DNA from: Nitrospinaceae bacterium
GTDB lineage: Bacteria; Nitrospinota; Nitrospinia; Nitrospinales; Nitrospinaceae
NCBI GenBank assembly: GCA_965223665.1
Contig: OZ245011.1
Span: 2,112,001-2,176,000 of the forward strand
DNA length: 64,000 nucleotides
Direction: 5' to 3'
Shown piece after piece: positions 1-9,450 of the stretch (positions within the stretch are counted from its first letter, which is position 1; every line of letters starts with the position of its first letter). The notes under the pieces were generated by a model. The model was given only the letters and a program-made list of their open reading frames with translations. It did no database searches and was not told where the DNA came from. Position numbers and translations under genes: made by a program.

Positions 1-1
1 A

Positions 2-1183
2 TTGAGAGACACTTCTCCCACGCGAAATTATGGGAGCAATCCACTTTTTTTTGCCGATGGGGTGAACCAGGACGGAGACGCCAACGGAGTCTATGGAGAA
101 GTCGTTGCTATCGTAAAATGGGATATTTCCTCCATCCCCGCCAACGCCACCGTGACGGGAGCTTCAATTACCTTTAAATATGCAGACGCCAGTTCGGGTC
201 CCTATTATTTCTATTCACAAAATTCGCCCTGGACCGAAAGTACGGTTACCTGGAATGATATGGATCAAGGCCCGGTCATTTTGGGCTCTGTCGCTCCCTT
301 CACCTTTGGAGTCGGGACCAGTGTGCTCAATGCAGACGGAATCGCCCTGGTACAAAGTTGGGTCGATGGTTCGGTTAATAATAATGGAATTTTAATTCGT
401 AATAGTGATAACAATAACGGTATTTCCATGGAAGCTCACAATCAGGGAGGAATGGCCGGTTCCTTGGAAGTCACTTATACTGTAGATGATCAACCGACCC
501 TGGAAAGCCTGCAGGCGGAAATCAACCGGCTCAATAATATTTTGGCCGGAGTGAAGCGCATTAACGACGACATTTTCTTTGATGGAGTGAATGTTTATAT
601 TCGAAATGGTCTGGGTGCCACTAATGGAAATCCGGACGATCCCATTAATGGTGCACCTGGAATTGCTCAGGTAAATGGACTTGGAAATTTAATTGTGGGA
701 TATAACCTGGAAAATGATGTCATTCCCTCCGATAGATCTGGTTCTCATAATATTGTTTTGGGAGACGCTCACAGTTATACCAACTACGGAGGGATGGTTA
801 CTGGATTTCGAAATCTTGTATCCGCTCCAAATGCTATGGTTATTGGAGGAGTAAACAATATTGCCGATGGACATCATTCATTTATCGGGGGTGGAACCAG
901 CAACAAAACAATGGGCGGTTATTCAAACATTTCCGGGGGTTCTGGAAATACAGCAAATGGAGATATGGCAAGCATTTCAGGCGGATCCGGCAATCAGGCC
1001 AATGGCAACACCTCTTTTATTGGTGGAGGCAGCCAAAATACAACCAATGGATTTAATTCTAATGTAACAGGAGGACGAAGAAACATCGCTGACGGTAACT
1101 ACTCAACTGTCAGTGGCGGGGCGGACCGAACCGCCGCAGGCGAGGATGACTGGGTTGCCGGGAGTTTGTTTGAAGATTTTTAG
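2..1183 (+). CDS. DNRLRE/CBM96-like domain protein with C-terminal Gly/Asn repeat region (5' truncated by window edge)
   Basis: KWDISSIPANATVTGASIT, WTESTVTWND, NNGILIR motifs; short coiled coil; GGxxNxAxGxxSxISGG repeats; paralog of 12899 and 14262. Confidence 0.75.
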   Translation: MRDTSPTRNYGSNPLFFADGVNQDGDANGVYGEVVAIVKWDISSIPANATVTGASITFKYADASSGPYYFYSQNSPWTESTVTWNDMDQGPVILGSVAPFTFGVGTSVLNADGIALVQSWVDGSVNNNGILIRNSDNNNGISMEAHNQGGMAGSLEVTYTVDDQPTLESLQAEINRLNNILAGVKRINDDIFFDGVNVYIRNGLGATNGNPDDPINGAPGIAQVNGLGNLIVGYNLENDVIPSDRSGSHNIVLGDAHSYTNYGGMVTGFRNLVSAPNAMVIGGVNNIADGHHSFIGGGTSNKTMGGYSNISGGSGNTANGDMASISGGSGNQANGNTSFIGGGSQNTTNGFNSNVTGGRRNIADGNYSTVSGGADRTAAGEDDWVAGSLFEDF

Positions 1184-1316
1184 TGTCTTAAATAGATATA
1201 CCACAGACTTAAGAAAATTCTCCGAGTCTGCTGGCTATAAAAAAAGTCTTCGAGAATGAAATGCTGAGTCCAGCGTCACGCTGGTTTGTTTGAAGATAAT
1301 TAGTTTCCCATAACAT

Positions 1317-1340
1317 AGACCCCGGTTGCCGCCGGGGTCT
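1317..1340. terminator. GC-rich hairpin between convergent genes
   Basis: AGACCCCGG..CCGGGGTCT inverted repeat. Confidence 0.5.
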
Positions 1341-1386
1341 GGTTTCAATTTGTACCGATTGTTGTTGAGATACCCGGTAGAAACAA

Positions 1387-3234
1387 TCAACTCTGGCAGT
1401 GGGTGTCTTTAAACTTGGTTAAGTCTTTTTTCAGGGAAAATTGTTTTTTAATCTTTTCGGCTTCCGTTAGAATTTTGCATCCTTGTTCTGAGGATGAATG
1501 ATCAAAAAGATGAATGGAGTACAGGAGTAACATATTCATCAGGTAATTCTTATAGGGTTCGGGATTGGTTTTAATTTCAGTTCGCAGAAGCCCTAAGGTT
1601 TCATCATAGGTTTTATTGACGGCGTCCACCCTATCTAACTTCTCGTAAACCTCTAACATGGCGGTTAAGGTCGTTATGACTTTCGAGGTAAACACCGTCG
1701 GGTTAATTTCCTTCAACTGTTTAAAAATACTTAAGGCTTCCTGATAGTTTTCAACAGCAGGTTCCAGTTTTCCCTGCTCCTGATAAAGAAGACTTAAAGT
1801 TGTTAATGTGCTGGCCAGATAATTGCCGAAAGCCGGGAAGTTTTTCTCGGCCAGGTTTCTATAAATTTCCAGGGACTGTTTATAATACGCTACACTCTTT
1901 TCATATTGTTTCAAGACCTGGTGAAGCAATCCCAGGTTTCTTAACGTGGACGCATACTCCAATCCATACGCCCGGTTCCTCTCGTAGAATTCTTCATAAA
2001 TTTCCAGCGCCTGGTTAAACTTCTTTGCGGCCAGCTCATTTTTTTTATTCTCAATATAAAGGTGCCCCAGGATATTGTTGATCTGACCGCGATTGGCCGA
2101 AGAAATCAATTTATTCTCTACCTCTTCGTTTTCTTTCAAGGCTTGTTTTAATTTTTTTTCTGACGCTTCAAACTGCTTATCATCCTGAAAAGTAATACCT
2201 AAATCCACCAGGGAAGCAACGACAAAAGGTTGAAACTTTTTCTTGTTTTTTGTGACTAGAAACTGTCGCAACTTTAGCGATTGCTCGAACTGAGGTTTTG
2301 CTTCCTCTATTTTTTTTTCTGCACGGTAGAGCTTCCCCAAATTTTCAAGCGTGTTCGAAATAATTCGCTTTTTTTCGATTCCATTGATTTGGAGTTTCTT
2401 TTTTATTTCTAATGCCGCGAGTAAATGGGACTCCGCTTTTTTGAACCGATTGGTATCCCGGTAAACCATGGCAATATTGTTCAAGGCTTTCGCTAGAGGA
2501 TAATTGTAATCTTCAGGTTTAGATTTGGCCCGGTTGCGGTAAGTGAACAACACTTGCTCATAGTTTTCTTCTGCTTTTTTATACTGTTTTTGCTGATAGT
2601 AAACCTTCGCTAAAGAAAACACATAATCCAGCTTGTCGGGATCTAAATTACTGGCCTTTTTATATTCGGTGAGGGCCCGCAAGGGGTTGAACTCCAGCTC
2701 GTGCATTAACCCTCGCGAATAATAAATAGAAGCCAGCTTTTTTTCTTCTTTCAATGCAAGTTCATCTAATATGTGCCGTGCTTTTTTAAATTCTCCCGCT
2801 TCCAGAAACTGGCGGGCTTTCTCCGCCATAGCATCGGACATTCCGGAAATTTGCAATTGATTATTCAGGGAATCAAATTTTTCTTTCCATTTATTGGCTT
2901 CTTCAATTTTTTTCTCCAGGGAAGAAAACTGCTCTTTTAATATTTTATTGAGCTGAACTAAAGCTTTGGGAGGCAACCCGGAGCAGTCGATATTCACATC
3001 GCCTTTGACTTCATTAATAATGGGACTACAGTCCCCATAAGTGGTCTGAGATTGGCTGGCAACTTTTTCAGGGAAATGAAATTGTAGAATTACGAAAAAA
3101 CCAAGCAGCAGGGCACGCGCGAGCGAAAAACCATAGCATTGCCCTGAATGTTTAAGGGCAGGCTCACCAGGTTCAGGAAAATCAATAAACCTTTTAAACT
3201 TTAATCTAATACTTCCCATCCTGCACTCATTCAA
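1387..3234 (-). CDS. Exported/anchored TPR protein
   Basis: Hydrophobic N-terminal segment, coiled coil, then repeated A-x-TLxNLGxLY TPR units; true start may lie downstream. Confidence 0.85.
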   Translation of the reverse strand: MNECRMGSIRLKFKRFIDFPEPGEPALKHSGQCYGFSLARALLLGFFVILQFHFPEKVASQSQTTYGDCSPIINEVKGDVNIDCSGLPPKALVQLNKILKEQFSSLEKKIEEANKWKEKFDSLNNQLQISGMSDAMAEKARQFLEAGEFKKARHILDELALKEEKKLASIYYSRGLMHELEFNPLRALTEYKKASNLDPDKLDYVFSLAKVYYQQKQYKKAEENYEQVLFTYRNRAKSKPEDYNYPLAKALNNIAMVYRDTNRFKKAESHLLAALEIKKKLQINGIEKKRIISNTLENLGKLYRAEKKIEEAKPQFEQSLKLRQFLVTKNKKKFQPFVVASLVDLGITFQDDKQFEASEKKLKQALKENEEVENKLISSANRGQINNILGHLYIENKKNELAAKKFNQALEIYEEFYERNRAYGLEYASTLRNLGLLHQVLKQYEKSVAYYKQSLEIYRNLAEKNFPAFGNYLASTLTTLSLLYQEQGKLEPAVENYQEALSIFKQLKEINPTVFTSKVITTLTAMLEVYEKLDRVDAVNKTYDETLGLLRTEIKTNPEPYKNYLMNMLLLYSIHLFDHSSSEQGCKILTEAEKIKKQFSLKKDLTKFKDTHCQS

Positions 3235-3284
3235 TCAATAATGAGTTTTTTAACGAAACCAATAGGAGAAAGAGTTTTTTTGGG

Positions 3285-3665
3285 TTAATCTTTTGAGTTT
3301 CCGGAGTTCACACTAAAATTAACATCTCCTCCCACCCCTTCAATAATCGGGCTGCTGTCACCATGCGTTTCCTTATTATTGGTTGGGCTGGACACCGGGT
3401 TATTCCCAGCCGGCACACTTCCCGAGTCAGCTGGAGTGGCATTTTGAGTATTGGACGGTTGGGATTTTGCCGCTTCTTTCTGATAAGACAAAGTCATCCC
3501 GCCAAGCAATGCCAGCAACGCCATAAAGTATGCTGCTTTTGGCACCCATCCGGAGCCGCCCGTTTTAACTATCTTGGGCAAAAATATAAAAACCAAAAAC
3601 AGGGCGAACCCCACCAAACCTAAAGGATTGGTAACTATGTCAATCCATTTATCGATACTGGCCAA
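3285..3665 (-). CDS. Small 2-TM protein with low-complexity linker and C-terminal GDSSPII..GDVN motif
   Basis: Two hydrophobic helices; GGAG RBS; motif shared with the neighbouring TPR protein. Confidence 0.8.
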   Translation of the reverse strand: MASIDKWIDIVTNPLGLVGFALFLVFIFLPKIVKTGGSGWVPKAAYFMALLALLGGMTLSYQKEAAKSQPSNTQNATPADSGSVPAGNNPVSSPTNNKETHGDSSPIIEGVGGDVNFSVNSGNSKD

Positions 3666-3741
3666 GAGATATCTCCTTAAAAGATTCTAATAACTTTAAT
3701 ATTGGTCCTTCAGTCAAAAATTACAATGTTATCTCCCACAC

Positions 3742-5265
3742 TTAATAAAGAAACTTTATACCCGCAGTCGCAATATTTTCCTTAAAATCAACAATCGGAA
3801 AATTTGAAATACTATCAATGTGCTTGTAGCTGATTATAAATTCGAAATAGGTGAACATGTATCTGGACCAGCTGACATCAAAGATATGGCGCTTGTCCAG
3901 ACGATCGGTACCTATAAGAGGCGTAATATTTTTATAGTCACGAATGAAATACGAATAACCAAACTCCAGTTTGCCCTTGAAACAAGTGGGCACCTTTCCT
4001 GCGGTGATAAACTTATGGCCCACAAAATCGAACCGGGGCCCTTCGGTATTTTCTATGACCAGTTCGTATCCCACTTTAAAAGAAGCTTTACCATTATTAA
4101 AGTTTACGCTCTGCGAAATTCCTAACGAATATCTCACCCCGTCTCTGATTTGGTTTATATCACGTAAAAAGTTTTTCAACTGTGTGAGAAAATACAGGTT
4201 CAAATAAAAACTGGGATTGGATAAATCCACCCCCAGTAAATTGAGGTCGGATTTTAAATTGCCTACTTCCCTTCCACCGCTCAGCAGGAAACCATTGGTC
4301 TGAAGGAAACCCGATCCGCCTAAAAAGTTATAATAATAAAGATAATCCAACCCAAAATCGTATTTCCCCGCCTTAAAGTTATTGGAGAAAGTGATCGCGT
4401 GGGTTTGCAAATTAAATTCATTCTCGTCCACGTAGATACTCTGGAAAAAGTTATACTCCACCTCGGAGGAATACTTTCGTTTATCCACAATTCGAACCCC
4501 GCCACCGGCTTCAAAAATAAAAGCGACGTCAGACGCTTGCGATACCAAATCCTGTTCTGAACTGATTAAATTGTCATCGTACTGAACGCTGGAACCTGCT
4601 TCGAACCACCATCTTTTTTTCTTGCGCTTGCCGGTGTGCATGTTCTGAAGATAATCATTTGCCTGTTTCGAAATATCCGATTGAGAATCTAATTGAATGG
4701 CATCGCTGAAACTGACTTTCGCCTGCGCCAGATCTCCGTTTCTAAAATGAAAAATTCCCAGATAGTATAGATAGGGTTGGGTAAACCGGTTGTCCAATTG
4801 CGAGGCTTCCTTTAAGAAAACCATCGCCTGTTGGGAGTCGTCGAGTTTTTTTAAAGTCACCCCTTTATAAAACAAGGCAGAAGCATCTTGAGGATGGTTT
4901 TTTAAATAGAGATCAAATTCTTTCAAAGCGTTTTCAAAATGTTGCGCCTGGTAATTTACCAGGCCCTTTTGAAAACTTAAATCTGAAAGAGACTCATCCA
5001 AAGATTGGGCTTTTTCGTAAGCCTCAATCGCAGCATCATACTTTTTTTGGGATTTGTAGACTTGCCCCAGATAAAAATAGGCGAAGGCATTTTGGGGTTC
5101 TGCTTTAATGATTTGATTGAATATCGCTTCTGCTTCGTTGTATTTCTTATTTTTAAAATATTCAATTCCCTTTTGGAAATCAGGGGCAGAGGGTTCTCCA
5201 TAAGAAATGACTGGAGCCAGTAATATGAGGACCGCTATCTGAATCAATAGCCAGTATTTTTTCAT
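3742..5265 (-). CDS. TPR plus outer-membrane beta-barrel protein (Slam/DUF560-like)
   Basis: Signal peptide, N-terminal TPRs, alternating aromatic beta-strands, C-terminal GIKFLY. Confidence 0.7.
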   Translation of the reverse strand: MKKYWLLIQIAVLILLAPVISYGEPSAPDFQKGIEYFKNKKYNEAEAIFNQIIKAEPQNAFAYFYLGQVYKSQKKYDAAIEAYEKAQSLDESLSDLSFQKGLVNYQAQHFENALKEFDLYLKNHPQDASALFYKGVTLKKLDDSQQAMVFLKEASQLDNRFTQPYLYYLGIFHFRNGDLAQAKVSFSDAIQLDSQSDISKQANDYLQNMHTGKRKKKRWWFEAGSSVQYDDNLISSEQDLVSQASDVAFIFEAGGGVRIVDKRKYSSEVEYNFFQSIYVDENEFNLQTHAITFSNNFKAGKYDFGLDYLYYYNFLGGSGFLQTNGFLLSGGREVGNLKSDLNLLGVDLSNPSFYLNLYFLTQLKNFLRDINQIRDGVRYSLGISQSVNFNNGKASFKVGYELVIENTEGPRFDFVGHKFITAGKVPTCFKGKLEFGYSYFIRDYKNITPLIGTDRLDKRHIFDVSWSRYMFTYFEFIISYKHIDSISNFPIVDFKENIATAGIKFLY

Positions 5266-5374
5266 TCCCTATCCTGTAGTTTTCTATCAAAACAAGGAAC
5301 AGGCTTTAAATGCAATTTAATGAAAACTTGAGTTCAAATATTTAAAGCGAGCTGAACCACCTGCGGAAAACAAA

Positions 5375-5785
5375 TTATCTTGCCACCCCTCCACTCCCTG
5401 CAGGTTTGATAGAATCAAAAATATCTTGTCGAATCTGGAGCTTGATATCATTTACAATTTCATTCTTCACATCATCCCGAATACTTTTTTTGATATCATC
5501 CTTGACCGATTCTTTAATGTCCTGATTAATGAGTTCAGGATTTCCCGGTCTGTCTTTTTTTAGAGGTTCTACTTTCTTAATTTCCTCCGGTGCTTGACTG
5601 AACAGCTCAAAGTCTTTTTTTCGAATCGTGTTTCCGGATGATTTGGATATCAACCCATCGTTGGTTTCCAAAAACGAGATATAGTTTTCCGAAGGATTCC
5701 AAACAGGATCGCTTTCTAAAGCAAAGCCGTTTTCAGAGATTCCGAATCCGATAGTACTTATGATGAGCAAAGCGACTATAGGCAT
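5375..5785 (-). CDS. Secreted hypothetical protein with D/I/K repeat helix
   Basis: Signal peptide; FELFSQAPEE and QIRQDIFDSI shared with the adjacent paralog; AGGAG RBS. Confidence 0.75.
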   Translation of the reverse strand: MPIVALLIISTIGFGISENGFALESDPVWNPSENYISFLETNDGLISKSSGNTIRKKDFELFSQAPEEIKKVEPLKKDRPGNPELINQDIKESVKDDIKKSIRDDVKNEIVNDIKLQIRQDIFDSIKPAGSGGVAR

Positions 5786-5898
5786 TTTCCTCTCTCCTTA
5801 TATTTCAATTTAAAATTCTTTAAGCCTGTGCGCCAATTTTCTTTATAGAAATGCCTAAACCCACAAAGGACCTACTCTAAAAATACGGATCAGGAGGA

Positions 5899-6318
5899 TT
5901 AGTTTGTTGAAGGGAGCCCATTACCTCCACCTCCTGAAGGTCTTATTGAATCAAAAATATCCTGGCGAATCTGGTTTTTTAAATCCTTGGCAATATCATC
6001 CTTAATATCTTCACGAATGTTTTTCCGGACATCCTCTTTAACCGAATCTTTGATGTCTCGATTGATGGACTCAAGATGACCCGGTCTCTCCTTTTTTAAG
6101 GATTCAATTTTCTTTACTTCCTCAGGAGCCTGACTGAATAACTCAAAGTCATTATTCCGTTTATACATCTGGGAGAATTTGGAAATCGACACCTGATTGG
6201 GCTCTAAAAGCATAATAAAGTTTTCCGAAAACTGGATTCTATTATCCTCTAAAGCAAAGCTATTCTCAGAGAAGCCTAACCCGATAGTACTTATGAACAG
6301 CAAAGCAACTACAGGCAT
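5899..6318 (-). CDS. Secreted hypothetical protein, tandem paralog of 5375..5785
   Basis: Start placed at MPVVALL by alignment with the paralog and an AGGAG RBS. Confidence 0.75.
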   Translation of the reverse strand: MPVVALLFISTIGLGFSENSFALEDNRIQFSENFIMLLEPNQVSISKFSQMYKRNNDFELFSQAPEEVKKIESLKKERPGHLESINRDIKDSVKEDVRKNIREDIKDDIAKDLKNQIRQDIFDSIRPSGGGGNGLPSTN

Positions 6319-6480
6319 TTCTACTCTCCTATAAATTTTATGGGAAATTCGATGCACTTATTCGGAATCTTAGCTCAATTAGATCAATGCTGTCAACTAT
6401 TTCGGGCTGAATCCTGAACGCAAAACGTGAGCCGGAAAAATTAAAAACAGACTCGGGATCTATGCGAAAAAAGTAGTTTT

Positions 6481-6771
6481 TTAACGACTGCTCGGCGGGG
6501 TTTCCACAAACGGGATTCGAATGTCATGCTCCATCAATACATTTTTATAATGGTTGAGTCGTTCCCGAAGTGCATTTCTCAGTTGGTTCATTTCCCTTAA
6601 AGCTTCATCCGTCTGGTTGTGTTTCAATGCAGTAAAAACTTCATCGGCCATTCGGCATAATTGATATAAATCGTCTCCCTGAATCAAACTGCCGGGAAAT
6701 TTCCGCCCCGGAGATTTAATGACAGAAAAATTAGGCTCTGTAGAATAGATTTCAACGGTTTCTTTGCGCAT
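6481..6771 (-). CDS. Small hypothetical protein (DUF6959-like)
   Basis: VEIYS..N..V...PGRKFPGSLIQGD motif recalled from a conserved small family. Confidence 0.6.
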   Translation of the reverse strand: MRKETVEIYSTEPNFSVIKSPGRKFPGSLIQGDDLYQLCRMADEVFTALKHNQTDEALREMNQLRNALRERLNHYKNVLMEHDIRIPFVETPPSSR

Positions 6772-6882
6772 ATTTTCGTTTCCAATTTAAAAGAAAAGTT
6801 TAATTGAGAAAACTAACCCATATTTTAACGAGGGCTTGGGATAAAAGTCGACAACGAAATCAAAACAAAGTTCTTGAAAAAG

Positions 6883-7078
6883 GATCGATGCGCTCCCTCT
6901 TTCCCAATCTGGCGATTGGAGGCAACTCACTGGCCATGTGGGGCAAACGGGATTTTCGAAAATTTCCGGAGATATAGGATTCTAAGAAACCTAACGAAAA
7001 TAAATGTTACCCGCAGGCGTTAGCCTGCTGAGTGCAGCGTCACGCTGCGGGTGGGGTGATTCACCTTCAGGGATTTTA
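6883..7078 (-). repeat. REP-like intergenic repeat, long form
   Basis: CGATGCGCTCCCTCTTTCCCAATC...GGGTGATTCACCTTCAGGG, inverse of copies at 11841 and 32911. Confidence 0.7.
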
Positions 7079-7280
7079 ATTTGGTGGCGCATCACCAACT
7101 CCTTTTATTAGGTAGATTCTGTTAAAAATAAAAACCCCAATCGGCTCTTCTTATAAAGCATAATTGCCTTGCATCGGAAAAGCGAAAATAGTAGGGTTAA
7201 GGTATAATTCCGATCACTAACCCGAAAACTGGTTTTTATGTAAAACTTTTCTGCATTTAAATATTTTAAGGAGAGGAATC

Positions 7281-7868
7281 ATGCCATATCATCGAACGAT
7301 TTTATGTTTATTGAGCTCTACCTTACTCGCCACACCTCACGCCGTCGCCGATAACCTGGACCAGGCACAAAAAGCTCTTAATATGATTCAGGAATCCGCT
7401 ATTAAAATGTGCGGAGAAACTTCCACCAAACACACATCGTCTTCTTTAGAACTAAGCGGTAAATCGAAAGCCGAATTAAAAAACCTGATCAGTAAATTGA
7501 TGGGGTTGAAAATCCAGGGAGCCGCCAAATACCAAACCTCAGAATCCGAAGGCGTGCTGCAAAAAGACTTAGCCGGTGAACTCAAGGATACTCGCAATTG
7601 CAGACGCGATCTGTTTCAATCCCTGCAAAAGAAGTTAGTGCCCGACTTGTCTTCCCAATCAGGTAGTAACGGGAATGTCAACGTAGGAGGCAATCAAACC
7701 GGGGATATTAAAGGCAATACCGGAAACATTCGTATCGGCGATTCCTTCGGAGGCGATAAAATCGAAGGCGACAAAATTGTGAAAGAAACACATATCAGCG
7801 GCAATCAGGTCAACCACATTGAAACCAACACCGGCACCATCAACATCGGTGGCATTCCAGACAAATGA
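7281..7868 (+). CDS. Secreted protein with C-terminal G/N/D/I-rich motifs
   Basis: Signal peptide, two Cys, tail GNQTGDIKGNTGNIRIGD..GDKIEGDKI..ISGNQVNHIETNTGTINIG. Confidence 0.8.
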   Translation: MPYHRTILCLLSSTLLATPHAVADNLDQAQKALNMIQESAIKMCGETSTKHTSSSLELSGKSKAELKNLISKLMGLKIQGAAKYQTSESEGVLQKDLAGELKDTRNCRRDLFQSLQKKLVPDLSSQSGSNGNVNVGGNQTGDIKGNTGNIRIGDSFGGDKIEGDKIVKETHISGNQVNHIETNTGTINIGGIPDK

Positions 7869-9442
7869 AAAAATCACGGATTGTTTCCTTATATACAAGC
7901 CTGTTCTTCATTAGCCAATGGTTTGGCGGAGTTGCTCCCGTTTTTGCCGTGGAAAATGTCACTCCGGAGAAAAACGAAACTCGGAGTATTTCCGGGAATC
8001 AGGTGAATGTGATTGAAACCAATAAAGGCACCGTTAATATTGGCATTACCCTGGAACAACATCATGCGTACTTGAAAAAACGGGAAAAGGAAATCCGGGC
8101 GGAGTTAGCTCAGGAACGAGGACAGGACAAACAACGCATTCAGGATTTAGAGTTGGAGTTAAAGGGAATTCAGGCGAAGCAGGCCAACCTGGAACAGTCC
8201 TACAAAGAGCGGATTAAACAACTGCAAGCCACCAATAAAGACCTGCAAAAATTCAAAGACCAGTTTTCACCAGAACAAATGGAAAAAGCAGAGGAAGCCT
8301 TAGCCAAAGGTGACTCAACAGAAGCTGAAAAATTATTAAAAGCCGTCACAGAGAACAAAAATAAACTATCGGTGGTCGAAGAGTTGGCATTGGCCCATTA
8401 CCGCTTGGGAAAGATCGCTTATGATGACGTGAAGTACCGTGAAGCCCTGAAAAACTACGAACGCGCCGCACAACTCGCTCCGGAAAGCGGATTATATTTG
8501 AATGAAACTGGAATCCTATACGACACCCTGGGCAACTACGACAAATCCATTGAATATTATCAAAAAGCATTAGAGGTATTGAAAAGTACTTTGGGTGAAG
8601 ATCACCCGAGTGTCGCTACAAGCTGGAACAACCTGGGAGCGGTTTGGCGGGTCAAAGGTAACTATAACAAAGCCATTGAGTATTTTGAGAAATCTTTGGC
8701 AAGCGATCTCAAAACCTTTGGTGAAGACCACCCCAGTGTAGCAATTGGTTGGAACAATATTGCAGATACCTGGCACGCTCAAGGTAACTACGACAAAGCG
8801 ATTAAGTATTTTGAAAAAGCCACCAAAAGTTTAAGTAAATATTATGGTAAGGCTCATCACCAAGTCGCCACCGGTTGGAACAACCTGGGTGAGGTTTGGC
8901 GGAAAAAGGGTGATAACGATAAGGCTTTGAAATTTTTCAAGAAAGCGTTGGCCAGCGATCTAAAAACTTTTGGTGAAAACCATCCCAAAATTGCATATAG
9001 CTGGAACAATCTGGGTGCAGTTTGGCGCGGAAAAGGAAACTTAGAAAAGGCGATTGAATATTTTAATAAAGCATTAACTATTGATATAAATACTTTTGGA
9101 GAAAATCATCCCAATGTTGCACGCGAATGGAACAACCTGGGTCTGACTTATTATTATAAAGGAGACTACGACAAAGCCATTGAGTATTATGAAAAAGCCC
9201 TGGCAAGCGATCTTAAAACCTTTGGCCAAGACCATCCAAGTATCGCCAACATTTGGAACAATCTTGGACAAGCTTGGAATAAAAAAGGTAACAACAACAA
9301 AACTATTTTCTATTATGAAAAAGCGTTGGTGGTTTTAAAGAAATTGTTTGGCAATGATCACTCCAATGTGAAAGTGGTGGAGGACAACATCGCCTTCTCC
9401 CTTGAGCAAATGGAGAAGAAAAATCAATCCACCTCAAAATAA
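7865..9442 (+). CDS. Exported TPR protein (42-aa kinesin-light-chain-type repeats)
   Basis: Repeats HPxVAxxWNNLGxxWxxKGxYDKAIEYxEKAL; ATGA overlap with the upstream gene. Confidence 0.9.
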   Translation: MKKSRIVSLYTSLFFISQWFGGVAPVFAVENVTPEKNETRSISGNQVNVIETNKGTVNIGITLEQHHAYLKKREKEIRAELAQERGQDKQRIQDLELELKGIQAKQANLEQSYKERIKQLQATNKDLQKFKDQFSPEQMEKAEEALAKGDSTEAEKLLKAVTENKNKLSVVEELALAHYRLGKIAYDDVKYREALKNYERAAQLAPESGLYLNETGILYDTLGNYDKSIEYYQKALEVLKSTLGEDHPSVATSWNNLGAVWRVKGNYNKAIEYFEKSLASDLKTFGEDHPSVAIGWNNIADTWHAQGNYDKAIKYFEKATKSLSKYYGKAHHQVATGWNNLGEVWRKKGDNDKALKFFKKALASDLKTFGENHPKIAYSWNNLGAVWRGKGNLEKAIEYFNKALTIDINTFGENHPNVAREWNNLGLTYYYKGDYDKAIEYYEKALASDLKTFGQDHPSIANIWNNLGQAWNKKGNNNKTIFYYEKALVVLKKLFGNDHSNVKVVEDNIAFSLEQMEKKNQSTSK

Positions 9443-9450
9443 TTTTTACC

